The notes below the pieces were generated by a model. It was not told the origin of the DNA. It saw nothing but the letters and a program-made list of their open reading frames with translations, and did no database searches. From NCBI GenBank assembly GCA_000708835.1, contig DF237571.1, positions 1-50,243 on the forward strand: DNA of 50,243 nt, given 5' to 3'. Positions 30,192-43,601 of this stretch are shown one piece after another. The number at the start of each line of letters is the position of its first letter. Within the stretch, counting starts at the first letter, position 1. Origin of the DNA: Klebsormidium nitens. Lineage: Eukaryota > Plantae > Klebsormidiophyceae. A program made the position numbers and the translations under genes.

Positions 30192-33100
30192 ATGGGGGAT
30201 GGTGCAGGGCAGCAGGAGTATTCGGGGTACCCCGGCTGGGGCGGCCAGGCAGGGTGGGGGCAGGGTAGCTACCAGCAGTACCCAGGCTATGTAGAAACCC
30301 CCGCCGCCTGGACACAACCCAGCTACCAGCCGCCCACAGACCAGGTCAGTCTTCATTCAGTTGCTTTTTTGAAACTTGAGTTGTGCAGGACCGAGCCAGC
30401 TATTGTCAGCAATTTCATCAGCAGATCATGAGAAAGTATTGCTTGTGACGATGAACGTTGTTGTAGGCAGAGGTCTTGTTTGACGCGGTTGAGTCCTTTG
30501 GTGCAATATGCACGATGTGCTATGTTCTGTTTCTCCGATTTCCATCACACCTGTGTAAGGGCTACAAAATGTACGAATTGTTCTGAGCTCTCAGAGTAGG
30601 AAGGGGTTTTGTTAATGCAAGTTGCCTTGCAGATTGCTGTTGAAAAGAATTAGGCATCAGGCGTTGTCCTGACCCGCTCCTTCTTGCTTTGCAGGTTGAA
30701 GCCGAGCCGGGGCCTCCTGGGGAGGAGCGGCCGGGTTCGCAGAATGTCACGGCCCCCGAGCCCCCAGCCCCACCCCAGGGCAGCCAATCGGGGGCACCTC
30801 CGGAGTACTACTTTCCGCAGCAGGAGCAGCAGCAGGCATACGCGGCACCACCGCAAGCCAACGGCTACCCTCCCACGTATAATGCCTACCAGTACCCGCC
30901 CTCGCAGCAAGGCTACGAGGCAGGCACTTATGACTATGGCCAGGCCCAGGCGCCGGGGTATCCGCCCCAGCCGTCAGCGCAGGCGGATGGCTCTGCAGGG
31001 TACCCCGCTAGTGGCCAGTACGATTACTCAGGCTACTACTCGCAGCCTGCGTATGACACCCAGCAGGCGTATCAGCAACCGTCCTATCCGTACCCCCCCC
31101 AAGCTCCCCAGCAGTACGACTATTCACAATGGCCTCAGTACGCTGCCACCGCGCAGGGGGACTCAAGTGCGGCCGCGCAGGGCGCCACTCCGGAGGGCGG
31201 GTCACAGGCCTACCAGGCTCCGAGTGGGTACACGCAAGAGTTTGTGGCAACGCCCTCTGCAGGACCGACAGAGGCCAACGGTAGCGCGACCAGCTATGCA
31301 AGTGTGGTGGCACACGGGCAAGCCGCGAACCTGGTGAGTACTTGAGCAGGGCAGGGTCTGACTGTGGCAAAGTGATGTTTCTCGACAGAAACCGATGGAG
31401 CCAACACAAATGGTGTATCCTTTGTTTCAATGCACTTCGTCGGCTTGAGTTGAGTTTATAAGGAAACACGTGTTGACCCTCGTCTACTAAAAGGATGTGA
31501 GCAGTCACTGTTTATACGTTGTGTACCCACCGCGCCTGATCAAAGCGGTGGTCACGCTCGCAGTCTGTGCGTTTCATCGAGAGGTAGAATCATTGTGGGT
31601 CCCTGTTTCTTCCAGGGCGTCACTCCGGAGGCGGCTCTTGCCCTGTCCATGGCCCTGTCGCAGAGCCGTGGGGCCCAGCAGCAGTCCCAGCAGGCCCTCC
31701 CCCCCCCGCCGCAGCAGGGGCAGCCCCCGTCCTTTGCCCAGGCCGTTAGCCAGCAGACGGGGGTCAAGGAGTGGACCTGGAACACGGGCAAGATGCAGAT
31801 CCCCACGAACCCGCGCCTCGCGGGCAACTTTGCGGGGAAGCCGAAGCCCCTGCCCAAGGAGCCCCCGCAGCCGGCGTACGTCACGGTGGATGCGCACAAG
31901 GGCCCCGAGGCCAAGCCAGGCGGGGACGCCAAGGCCAGCGACTTCCCGCCGGCGCTGCGCGGGTACGTGCAGCGGTGCTTCGAGCGATGCAAGACGGACG
32001 AGCAGCGGAGGGGGGTCGAGGTGGTGCTGCAGGAGGTGAGCCGACGTGCTCATTGCAAAGGCGCGGCAGGGTCGGAGCAAAGATGTTGTGCAGGAAGAGC
32101 GGAGGGCAGGCCCGCCTGCAAGCGGCAGCTGAAATGACTTGCAAAGCAAGAAAAAAAGGTCAATTGGATTCCTTGTTGCAAGCGCCAACTCAAAAGCCAC
32201 ATCTCCATCCCTTTCACGCTGGTTTGTCTCGGGACTGGTGCAGATCATCCGGACGGCCACGCGCGACAACACTCTGGCCACCACGGACTGGGACACCCAG
32301 GCGTACCCGCCCATCCTAACCGGCCCCGCGCTCTCCAAGGCCGGCGCTGGCGAGCGCCGGAGCAGGTGGGAACCGGAGCCGCCGCCGCCCAGTAGCCCGG
32401 GGGCGGAGAAGAAAACGCGGTGGGGGGCCGAGAGGCCGAGCCCCACCAACGGCCATCCCCACCCGGGGCTATTCTCACGGCTGGGCCTTAAGAAGTCGAC
32501 AAATATGACCTGGGTCCGGGGCCAGAGCCCCGAGAAAGGTGCAAAACCGAAACCGTCCCCAAGGGGGAGGAAGCGGGGGAGGAAGGCCGCTGCCGCGGTG
32601 CCGGACGACAGCCGGGGGTCCAGCAGTAGCGAGAGCGGGGGGGGGACGCCCCGCAAGAAAGGCGCGGGTAAGCCCACCCCGGAGGAGGTCAACCGGCGAG
32701 AGCGGCGGTCGCGACGGTTCGAGGGGCCAGACGGGAAGAAGGGGCGGCGGCGGGGGGAGCCGGTGGCCGGGGAGGCGAGCCTGCGCAAGGACCGCGCAGC
32801 GCTGCTGATGGCGGCCGCGGGCCAGGGGGCCGCAGAGGACATCGACTGGAGTACCATGACGGTTAAGGGGACCAGCCAGACCGTGGAGAAGAAGTTTTTG
32901 CGGCTCACGGCAGCGCCCGACCCTAGCACGGTGAGGACCAAGCGGGGTTTTGACAAAGAACCTATTTCGATCGGCTGGAACTTTCGAGAACGGCTGTCCA
33001 TTTTTGCGACTTGGAGGGCCTGTGCTTTGAAGGCCTTGAACCCTGAAGTTGCTCAATCCCTTCCAAGCATGTGCGGGGCTGAACGTGACAAGCCTGCCGG

Positions 33101-35089
33101 AGGCCGTCGAAGCCAACACCCTAGATTCAGAAAACCCGAACCCTTGAGACTCGAGTAGGCCGTCGCTGTCCGATTCACTACTACCAGAGTGGATAACGTG
33201 TTTTGGGCTTGCTTTTGGTGGCTCCTTCCTCTTCGTCGTGCTCCGCTGACGCGCTGTGCTGGGGGTGGCGTGCAGGTGCGGCCGGAGCCGGTGTTGCACC
33301 AGGCCCTGGCCATGGTGGAGGCGACGGAGCGCGACTACTACTACCGCTGCGACCAGCTCAAGAGCATGCGCCAGGACCTCACCGTGCAGCGGATACGCAA
33401 CGCCTTCACCGTCAGGGTAAGGCCCCAGAGCGCCATCGGTGCGAGCCCGATGAGATGTCGGTCTCTGTATTGGTTGCACCTTTGTTCGACCGCACTGTCG
33501 AGTGTTGTTGTCCTCTAAGCCATCATTTCCTTCGATTCTGGGTTGACACCTGTCGCTTGCTGGTTTTCTGGGATCTCGGGCCAACCAGGCGTTCTGGCCT
33601 TTGGTCGCTTGGACCGTGCGAACAAGAGTGCACGACCCCCGCCAACCATTACGTCAGCTTGGCATTAGTCGACGCGTCCCTGCAAGTGCACGGCCACGTA
33701 CACTCCTTCCGAGTTCTATTAAGCAATTTCCCATGCTGCATTTCCGTACATGCCTATCCCAGCCTCGGTTGTGTACCACCATCCCGCCGCCTCGGCAGCT
33801 TTTCCGACCCCGTGCATGGCTGTGCAGGTGTACGAGACGCACGCGCGCATGGCGCTGGAGTTCGGCGACCTGGCGGAGTACAACCAGTGCCAGGCGCAGC
33901 TCAAGATCCTGTACGCCGAGGGCCTCCCCGGCTGCGTCCACGAGTTTGCCGCGTACCGCCTCCTCTACATCGTCTTTCACCACTCCGCCGGCTCCGCAGA
34001 CCTCCTCTCCGAGCTGAAAGGGTGCGCGCGCGCCAGCACCTCGCTGCTGCAACTCCGTAGCATCTGCCGTATTGTTCCAAAATTGCAGGGCGGCGGCGGC
34101 GCAAGATCTGCGCAACGTCGGATCGACGCCAAATGGTTGCTGATCCCCGAATGTGCTTCAAGCGTTGCTTTTGTCTGTGCGACAATGAAGTGTGACCCTG
34201 AGCTGCTGTGCTTACTGTTTCCGTGCAGCCTGAGTGCGGAGGTCAAGGCCAGCCACCCCGTCTCGCACGCGCTCAAAATCCGGGCGGCTTATTCCGCCCA
34301 CGACTACGTTAGCTTTTTCCGGCTGTATGATAGCGCTCCTAACCTAAACAAACGTCTATTAGGTAAGCGCTCGAGCAGGCCTGCATCTGCTTCCATGACG
34401 ACCTCAGGAGGACGTGCGGCTTATGACATGTGTTCGTCAGCCATGCGGGGGCTGTGCACGTTCACCGCCGTTCTCGTCATTCGAGCGCTCGAATGAATCC
34501 ACTACTGCGCGCCTGTCACAAGATTGTTCGTTTTCAACCAGCGTGGCCGTCGACTACAGAGCACTCGCCGGAGGCTAACAGCCATTCATTTTGTTGTGCA
34601 GATTTGCGGGTAGAGAAGGTGCGCTTTGAGGCCGTCAAACGGATGACCCGGGCCTTCCGGCCGAACTTGCAGGTCGCCGAGGTGGCCCGCGTGCTCGGCT
34701 TTGCGGCCGCAACAGGGCCCACCGCCGAGGTGACGCCCGAGGAAGTGGACGACTGCGAGGAGTGGCTCACCGCGCACGGGGCCACCGTCGTGACCGACAA
34801 GGGGGAATCGTTGCTTGATACCAAGGTGAGCGCACCGGGGGGAGCGACTTTGGAACGGATCGCACAGTCCTCTTCTCGGTGACGGCATCTGAGGCAGAGG
34901 CAAATCCAGTCAACTTTTTCTTTGATCTCATGTCGATTGAGAGCGGGTTGAGTTGACAATTCTTCGCCTGGTGCTGTGCTGCAGGTTAGCCAAACCGCCC
35001 TCTTTATCCCCGTGCCTGCGGAAGCTGTCGCACATGGGGATGCCAATCTAGCTGCGAACGCCTTCTTTGCGAAACGAACCGTGGCTTAA
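30192..35089 (+). CDS. SAC3/GANP/THP3-family (LENG8-like) PCI-domain RNA processing/export protein (9 exons)
   Basis: Tyr/Gln/Pro-rich N-terminus, [36 protein letters not shown]|[38 protein letters not shown]|[38 protein letters not shown]. Splice phases are consistent. Confidence 0.92.
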
Positions 35090-35823
35090 GGCTCTTCAAG
35101 TCGTCTTTGTTGTTTCCCTCGGGAGCCTTCTGTTGATCACATATTGCACGCAGCTTTTGCTTTTGAGCAACTCTTCAAAAAAGCCCAGTGCAGCGACCCC
35201 GTTGGTCTGCTTCGAAGTGAAAGGCTGCCTTTCATAGGTGTCCGCGTTATCGGCTCAGTGCCGCTGTAATGACGCTATTTAAGCTGAGGCCCTTGAAGGG
35301 CATATTAACACATCATGGATTTCAGGAGAAGCACGTATGAAGAAAATGGGGGGGCGAGAGCATTCTCACCGGAATCCAGATTTGACATACAGCACCTGCA
35401 AGGCCATAGTGCCTGCGCAGTCTGCATTCTCACTGCACCGTGATCCCCGCTAGGTATCAATTGAAAGTTGCTGTTGTTGACGGTACACGCATTTGCGGCC
35501 GCCTCACAATGATCGAGAGTATCATTATCGACAAATATGTGTAAACATTGCATGACATATGCATGGAATGGACGTATGTCAATCTTGTGATTACTTCCTG
35601 CGTCAAACTATAAATACATGGCGGCTCACGCATTGCATGCTCGGTCATGGCCGTTCAAGATTCTGGAGTTAGACAGCTGCGCGTTCGAAAGACCTGTGTA
35701 CAGTGTGTAGCCCCAGCGTGACCAATAACGTGCATAAAGACTATCCCTGCATAAAGCGTACCTCTCAGACTGCGTCGGATTTCCACAGTTGAAAGGTTGA
35801 CAAGTGTCACTTCAAGAGTGCTA

Positions 35824-36147
35824 CAGCAGTTTCGGGGCAGGCTTCCCGGTTGCGTTCGATAGATAGGGTGTATTTAGTCTAAACTTACGCTAAATTTAGT
35901 CTAAGTTTAGTTGCGTTACCAGACCAATTGACGTCATAGATGAGACCAGTATTGATACGTGGCAAATATCGAGCGCGTCAGATGGGCCCTGAGCAGCGGA
36001 TCTACGGCTCGGTGCTCACCTTGGTTTTAAATGACGTCAAAGCAAAAGCTAAAACTTAGACTAAATAGCCTAAACACAGACTAGATTTAGACCCTAAATA
36101 CACCCAATCTATCGAACGCAGCCGGGAAGCCTGCCCCGAAACTGCTG
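35824..36147. mobile_element. MITE (324 bp), Tc1/mariner-superfamily-like, TA target-site duplication
   Basis: 54-bp terminal inverted repeats (CAGCAGTTTCGGGGCAGGCTTCCCGG...GGGTGTATTTAG) with 2 mismatches. TA flanks both ends (35822-23, 36148-49). The interior is non-coding and rich in TTTAG/CTAAA. Confidence 0.88.
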
Positions 36148-36578
36148 TATTCTCCTTTCAAAAGTCCTTTGCACGCGTCGCCTTGATTACGATTACAAAA
36201 TGTCAGAGCTGCAGCCGTCCGATTCTGCGCGCAAATCGTGCACAATGAGGATCCTCATCAGCATGACAGCATCAGTTTTGATGTTCCATGCATTTGGAAT
36301 CTGGAAAGTGAATCAGAAAGCTCCTCATGCTGGCTCGAGCCATGGCTCTGCAGACTGCATTGTAATTCTCATATTGGCTCAAGGTGGGCTCAAGCATCCA
36401 ACTTCCTTCTCCCTAGCTGGAGTAGGTACGCCAAGCTCATGAGCACCCAGCAGCTGAGGACTTTCCTGTCTGGTTGCTCAGCTGGCGGCTTCAAAGACGT
36501 TGATGTTTGCTTGCAAGTGGGCCACGAAAAGAAGGGTGGATCTTCCGCTGCTCAAGGCAGGACCACTTCTCGTCATCC

Positions 36579-39500
36579 ATGGCCACCTTTTACAACGCCA
36601 CCACCAGTGGCATCCTTCCGGGCCACGCTCTTCCGCCGCAATTGGCTCAACTCTGGTGAGCTGGCCTTACAATGTGGGCACTAGTGCTGCGGCATTCCAG
36701 CCTCACGTTGTATCGTTAGTGACTGCTTCTGCCAGCAATGCTGACATGCACAGGCCAAAAGAATGGTGGCTGTTCCAATTCGAATCACCACCCAGGCCTT
36801 GATGAAGGTAATACTATGAAATGTATCTCAAATTCGGTTGTTTGACCAATGGACTACTGCAAGCTTCCACGACTTGCACCTCCTGATTTCGCCGTGCTGC
36901 CTGCATCAGGTCGCACGAGCTGGGCTGGCTAAGTGGCGCCCTCCCCCCTGTAACTCCAGTGGACCAACAGTTTGAGCTCACCCCCAGGACTGGCGCCGCC
37001 CTGGTCCTGGCCTTTGTGGTGAGGCGCCGCCAACGCCTGTGTGCTTGTTCAACAAACTTTTGGGCGTCTGGTCTCTAGCCCAGAGGAACAGCTCACCGTC
37101 CAGGATTGATGCTGCTGCTGGCAGGACCAATTGCCCGTTGGGCTTGACCAAATATACCACTTCACTGTGATTTTGTAAATTTCCCTTCTGCTTCTGTCGA
37201 AATATTGGCCAGTTTGGAGCTAAAATTGAGAGGGCATCATAGCTGGTTTGAAACTAAAGTGATGTGCATCTCAACCTGGAGTTGCCCGTCACTTCGAAGT
37301 TGCCCTTCACTGACTCGAGATCCCAAAATGTGCCTTCTTGGAGAAGTTGAGTCACCACTGTTTGGGAATGACGGTCCCATTTAGGTGTCTAAAAGGTAGC
37401 TGTCAGACAAGCTCTAAATACCTTTGACGGTTAAGACAACCAACTCAAAACGTGCAGCTGACTTTTGGTGCCATTGGCTCTTCTCTCCACAACTTCTCAG
37501 CCCGCAGCCGTGATTGTCTGATCTTCAAATCAAGGCTCCCCATCAGAAGAAGACTCATGCCTCACCACCTACTACCATACATAACAATGAGCGAAGAACT
37601 GAGTAAAGCTGCTCTTCATATGTGCAGTGTGGTCTTTTGGCAAACGCGGCGGGCGTGGGTGGCGGCCCTTTCTACATCCCTTTGTTCAACGTGTTGCTGG
37701 GGTTCAACCTCAAGGTGTCTGCGGCCCTGTCCCACACTGTTGTCTCCGCCAGCGCCCTGGCCAGCACCCTGTACGGCCTGCGCCAGACCAGTCCCCGCGA
37801 CCCCAACCGGCCCCTCCTGGACGTGGACCTCGCGCTCACCTTCATCCCCGCGCTGCTGCTCGGGGTCAGCTTCGGTGAGGGGGCGCACGCGTGGCACCGC
37901 CTGAGGGCTCTTTTTGGAGCATGTTGAACCCATGTCTAGCCTCTCTTCGTCACGGTTGTCTTGTCCTTCTAAGCGGAGCAATGTGACTCATGCAGGATCA
38001 GCTCTTGTCGTGAGTTGATACTCTTGTTCGCCCTAGTCGAATTGTCCAAGAGTGGAGCGTACTACCCTGTGGTCTCGTTTGGGACGATATCGGCCCTTGC
38101 ACCCCGTATCATCAATCAGACTAGCGGAAGCGCGACCACAAAAGAAGACAAGACGAGAGGGCAGTCTTACCAGGCGGCTTACACCGACTAGCAGGTCTCA
38201 GCACATGGGCAATCACAGTCATGAGGTTCCCAATGTCGTACATTTGTCTGCTCGACTTTACGGCTCAGGTGAACAGAGACACAGCACACGGCCGTTGATC
38301 TTGTCTTCGCAAACAGACTGCCTTGATCGTCCGACTCACCAATACACCCTTTTTCGCTTGTTCGAGGGGATGGGAACTCCGAAGGTAGAGTGGTGTTTCC
38401 ATGGTTGCTCATTGCACTTTTTGACTGTACAAAGGAAGCTGTTCCACGCTGCTCGTATGTGGACCCGGTCACTTCGCGATAACAGCAGCGTGTTCAAGCT
38501 CCTCCCTGTTGTTCCTTTTCTACCTCGAGAGCCTGCTGCTTGGCCGCCACCCGAAGCGGGGTCCCACGCCGTTTCCTCTCGTCTTGCAGGCGTGCTATTC
38601 AACGTGCTCATCCCCGAGTGGCTGCAGACGATCCTGCTGGTCCTGCTGCTCGCCTTCGTCATCCGTAACACCGCCCGCAAGGCGCGCAAGCAGTGGGCCG
38701 CCGAGAAAGCCGCCCGCACCAAGGACGCTTCTGCCGTGGCCCCTTTAGCGGCCGCGCGCGAGCCCCTCCTCCCCGCCCATGAGAGCCACGATGTCGAGAG
38801 TGCCCCGCCCCCGAAGGACGAGCATGCCGACGCGGCCGCGGGCCTGGCGCGCAAGGGCACACTGCTGCAGCTCCTCGAGATGGAGGACCACCCGGGGGGG
38901 GTCTTCCACGAGGAGGCCTTCTTCCCCCACGACAAAACGCACGGCGCCGCGGCCCCTGAGCCGCCCACGCGACAGCGCGAGCAGCCCCGGGGCATGCTGG
39001 CGCGCATCCCTTTCGGGAAGCTGGCGGAGATCGTGGTGCTCTGGCTGCTATTCCTGTACAGCCAGCAGCTCAAGAGCCGCTACGGGCGGTGCACGTGGCA
39101 GTACCTGAGCATCTTGGCGGGGCAGGCGGCCGTGCTGGTGTCCTTTGCGGCGGGCCAGATATGGTACCAGGTGCGCAAGGCGGCCACGCGGCCGCACGAC
39201 CTCGACCCGGAGCTGCGGGTCATCCTGGCGGCGGACGCAGAGCGGGAGCCGGGTGAGGGAGAGCGCATGGCGGACGGAAGCAGGAATTCTCCACATCATG
39301 CTCGGACCATGGCGGAACTTGGCCTTTGGTGCCTTTGTTGACAGCCGACTTCCCATGTGGCCCCGACCTGAGGCCTTCGATCCCTGTCAGGGGCACAAGT
39401 CGCCCCTCGCCCTCGCCCTCGTCTCGCATCGTCTCGTCTCGTCTCGTCTTAGCGTCCAACCTCTCTCCACTTTCGGATTACCCGCTATGCGGGTCTGTTC

Positions 39501-40462
39501 TGGGAGCAATTGGCCTTTTCCCACCTGTGTCCGTCTCGACCCCTTCCTTTTTCCCCGCAGGCAAGCCCCACCCCGCGCGCGCGCTGGCGCAGGTGGCGGG
39601 CGTGATGGCCCTGGCGGGCATGACGGCGGGCCTGCTGGGCATTGGCGGCGCGCTGCTCTTCAACCCGTGGCTGCTGCAGCTAGGAGTGCACCCCCAGGTC
39701 AGCACGCGCGCCCGCACAGCGAGGCACCGCGCGCGCGCCTCCTTGCTCCCCGTGACAAGATCGAGAAAGATGGAGGCGCGTGCCGCTAGTGCGACCCCAC
39801 CACCATTGTGTGCACAAAGTTGGAATTGTGACAGAGGAGTGCAACAGCCGCTCGTTGATCTGTCGAGTGCAGGCCTGGACCAGCGAGGGGTCACGTGGCC
39901 CCCTGTTCTTCAGATTCGACGTTCACTATTCTGCCCCAGCGCCGAAGCATTCTTGTGGCTTCTCCGACTCCCGAGTCTGGCAGGCGCCCTTTTTGTCAAG
40001 CAAAGGGATTCTTCTGATGTGCTACCTAGTAGAGAACGGCAGCCCTAGTCCGAACTCTCTCTTCTCAAAAAGTCAACTGCATTAAGAGACATCCATCTGC
40101 TCTGAGGGGGGTCCGCCTAAGCCTGCGAGCTTGTGTGCGCGGTGCAGGTGACGGCGTCCACGGCGGTGCTGATGATCCTGTTCAGCAGCTCCGCCATCGC
40201 GCTGTCGCTGTCGTTCCAGGGCCTGCTCAGCCACAGCTACGCGCTCGTGTTCGCGCCCGTCTGCTTCGCGGCGTCCCTCGTCGGCGTGACGCTTATTGGC
40301 CGGGTTGTGCGGCAGTCGGGGCGGGCGTCCATCATCGTCATTATCCTGACGGTCGTCATTACGGCCGGCACGGTTGTGACGGGAGTCTTTGGAGGCATCA
40401 GGTCGTACGAACAGATCGTGAACGGCGGAGACATCGGCTTCCACCCCATCTGCACCAGGTGA
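36579..40462 (+). CDS. TauE/SafE sulfite-exporter-family membrane protein (6 exons)
   Basis: MATFYNATT...QLW|SHELGW...AALVLAFV|CGLLANAAGVGGGPFYIPLFNVLLGF...LALTFIPALLLGVSFG|VLFNVLIPEWL...|...AGLLGIGGALLFNPWLLQLGVHPQ|VTASTAVLMILFSSS. It has the two GxGGG-type repeats characteristic of the family. Confidence 0.88.
39401..39449. repeat. Compound microsatellite (CGCCCT)n(CGTCT)n in a TauE intron
   Basis: cgcccctcgccctcgccctcgtctcgcatcgtctcgtctcgtctcgtct. Confidence 0.8.
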
Positions 40463-41100
40463 CAAGTCGAAGCTGGCATAGCAACTTAAAGACAGCAGCG
40501 GCATGTGGCTCATGTGTCCTTGCTGAAGAGACGACACGTCTGGTTTTGTTTCTAGAAAGGCGCCTGAAGTAGTCCCCTAAAACTGCGGGATTGCGCCAAG
40601 CCGATTAAGGAGTCTTCTGCTGTATTCTAAAGCTTGCCAGCACAGTCGGTTTGGCAAACGGTGATCTGTCATCCAACTTATGAACGTAATTTTACCAATA
40701 TTCTGCACCTTAAGTCTCATCTTGGTTGTCAATGCTGTGTGTGTGCATGTGCATATCATGGATGGAAAGCATATACACAGCATATAGTTCGGAAACTGCT
40801 CAAGCAGCTCCCGTCCCAGACTGCGTCAAGCTGCGAAAATGCAAAATGGTGACGAACGAGCCTGGTGAATCTGAACGACTGCACACACCTTCATCACATG
40901 CTTGCATGTGCAACTTGAGTAACATGCATTTGCATGTTCATGCAACCACAATGTATTCTTCAAACAGTTATTTAGGGCATATCAATCTGTTCGACCGTGC
41001 CTAGCAGCTGCTTAGATAGCCATAGCCGACCATTTTAGTACGTCCACCGTGAGCTCTCTCATCTAGACATATCCAGCTTGCAAGGGCTGCGCACATATAC

Positions 41101-41190
41101 ACTTAAACTAGCGCCGCCACTGTAACAGGTGCGCATGTGCCATATGGCACATGCGCACCGGCCTGTTACAGTGGCGGCGCTAGTTTAAGT
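41101..41190. repeat. 90-bp near-perfect palindrome (loop-less hairpin with one 4-nt GGCC bulge)
   Basis: ACTTAAACTAGCGCCGCCACTGTAACAGGTGCGCATGTGCCAT / ATGGCACATGCGCACC-GGCC-TGTTACAGTGGCGGCGCTAGTTTAAGT. Confidence 0.92.
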
Positions 41191-41648
41191 TGACGTATAG
41201 ATCTCGATCGAGACCTTAGATTTTGGAGATGTGCAGTGTGTAATTCCACTCATGTCCAATATTTCCTGGCATAGGCGTATAAGCTGACGCGTAGATAAAG
41301 TCTTGAAACGACGTATGTCACACAGAATTGATTGAACCCGCATGCTTTGCACATGTTCGCGAGAAAAGCTGTCATGCAGCATAGAAGGACAGCTGACAGC
41401 TGAGGTCAGCACGTTGGGAGTAGTACAACTGACTTGGATTGCAAGCGGAAAGGAGCTGTACTATACACAATTGGTGACCAGGTTACAATAGAAATCTCAA
41501 TTCAATAAATATGCACGGACTTGAAGCATTGAATGGATGTACATAGTTAGCAGCTCTCTGATCGGACTCTTTTTTGACATACGGAATCTACGCTAGCTGT
41601 TGCAATTCTGACGTACATCCAGTTACAGTGCTTGAGCATATCCATGCG

Positions 41649-42834
41649 TCAAATCAAAACCTCAAGCAAACCTCTTTGATGTATCCATTGACGTGCTTCA
41701 TCCAGGTTCTTCACTACATGGCCCTTGGCTGCAACACACATCTTCGCATCTGGACTAGAGAAGCGATCAATCAGCAAAGCGTTCCAACCAGCGTTCTCTG
41801 CAGCTTGGTAGTCCTTGCGAAAGCTGTCGCCTATGTGCAGTATGGAGCTTGGATCCGGAGCCCCTGCTGCCTGCCGAGCAACCTCAAAGATGCGGGGGTC
41901 CGGCTTCTCGATGCCAATCAGACCGGAATAGACTTGAAAGTCAAGCTCCGAGCCCTGTACAAATGCAGAAAGAGGGAGCCGTCATTGGGCATTTTGCTGC
42001 AGGCACGCATGGCACGGCAAGTGAACTGCCTCCCCTTCCGCCAGAGTGGCCCTACAAGTCTCATCAACTACTCCATACTCAAAATGCCCCTTGGCTGTCG
42101 CTGTACATCACATTGTCCAGTTCAAGACGCCAGCGACCAGTTTCTTGAGCATCTGAGGGCCCCACCTCCACGATGCCCAGTGCGGGCATGATCTGGTCGC
42201 GGTAGCGCGCGGCGGCATTGCTGAGGCTGCCCGTCTTGAACCCTTGAGCGCGCGCCCAACGCAGGAACGGCACCACGTCGTCAAACACCTCGTAAGGGGC
42301 CCTGGAGCCAAAGATGGAGTAGATGCGCTCAAAGATGGCTTCTCCCGTCTCCTTGTTGTAGAAGTAGCCCGCTTCTTCAAACGAGCGCTGCACCACCAGG
42401 CGCCACCAGTCCTTGTTGTTCATGCCCGCGTGCATCCCAAAGCACGGGTACTGCTTGCTCACCTGCTCGTACCCGACCTTAAAGCCCTGCAGCACCCTGC
42501 AAGCACAGGAGCCAATGAGCGCAAGGTTACATATGTAGTGATCTGCGGGTCAAAGCAGAAGGAATGGAGAGCCTTCGGTGCAGATTTCTGCAAGCGCGGG
42601 GTATAGTCTTGGAATTGACCAGCAGAGCGATGAGGCCGTCGTAGCAGTCTTCAGAAGCAGCATCACCAAGCTGCACCTGAAGCGCCAACTCAGGGGGCAG
42701 CCTCACTTGTCATAGTCGGGACAGGTTTGCCCTGCCCGCTTCGCGGCCATGCAATAGTAGTCCCCAATGTGCCCCACGTAGCGCATCAGTGTCCCTGTGA
42801 TGTCCACCGTGATACACCGCAGCCGGGCCGCCAT
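41649..42834 (-). CDS. HAD-superfamily hydrolase, HDHD3/REG-2-like (3 exons)
   Basis: Motif I CITVDITGTL, motif II SLSNA, and EKPDPRIF...LHIGDSFRKDYQAAENAGW (motifs III/IV). GT-AG introns lie at about 42708-42498 and 42163-41955. Confidence 0.92.
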
Positions 42835-43290
42835 GGTCCTGCGCCACACCAGCCCTAGCAGCGTGGCCTCAGGGATTTGCAGACGTGCCTTCTAGATGAA
42901 AAGGACGACATATGCTGCCCACGTCCGCATTTTCAACGAAGCAGGTCGGAAAGCACATTCATTGTTGCACTGGCGATCAGAATGCAGATAAGGAGACGCG
43001 ATAGGGACGCGCCACTGCCAATCAATGCCCTGCCCACTGGCCCTGGTCTGCTGCTCAGGAGTCATGGTACGAACATAAAGCCTGCAGGCCGAGCCGCGGC
43101 TTGACTGGCTCGTCCGGCCCATGTGCGCCCATGTGCGCCATGGCTGCTGATCTGCACTTCGCAGCGGCAAGGCGGGCCTGCCCAGTCACGGTGCACTGTG
43201 CAGTGTGCAGGCAGCAGCAGCACCAGCCGCGCAGAAGTTGCATCATGCACATTGCTGAGTGTACCGTAGTGTCCTAATATGTACCTAGTA

Positions 43291-43601
43291 CCGTAGTGGA
43301 AAGGTATGAATCCGAATGGTCGAAAATGGCAATCATTTCATTGAATACGACCTCTTTTGCCGATTTATTAGACGAATGCGACCCTGAATCCGAATGTGCT
43401 CGGAACTGCTCCCCGACCACATTTTTGCCCCACATCTGCCGCATATGGACTGCCCGGCTAGTACTTTCAGAATCCGACGGCATTTGAGCGATTATTAAAT
43501 GAATCCGAAAAATCACTTTCCGAACGAAAAAGAGGTATTATGTAGCAATCCGAATGGTAAATGATTATTTATTTATTCGGATTCATACCTTTCCACCACG
43601 G
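43291..43601. mobile_element. MITE (311 bp), Tc1/mariner-superfamily-like, TA target-site duplication
   Basis: 27-bp TIRs CCGTAGTGGAAAGGTATGAATCCGAAT / ATTCGGATTCATACCTTTCCACCACGG with 1 mismatch. TA flanks both ends, and AATCCGA motifs recur inside. Confidence 0.85.

Noticed and set aside
31574-33001. 475-aa minus-strand ORF and other long antisense ORFs over GC-rich exons (e.g. 7963-8499, 19684-20538, 32475-33584, 38336-39073)
   Set aside because: They overlap well-supported exons on the opposite strand, have no motifs, and are expected from high GC3 content (few antisense stops).
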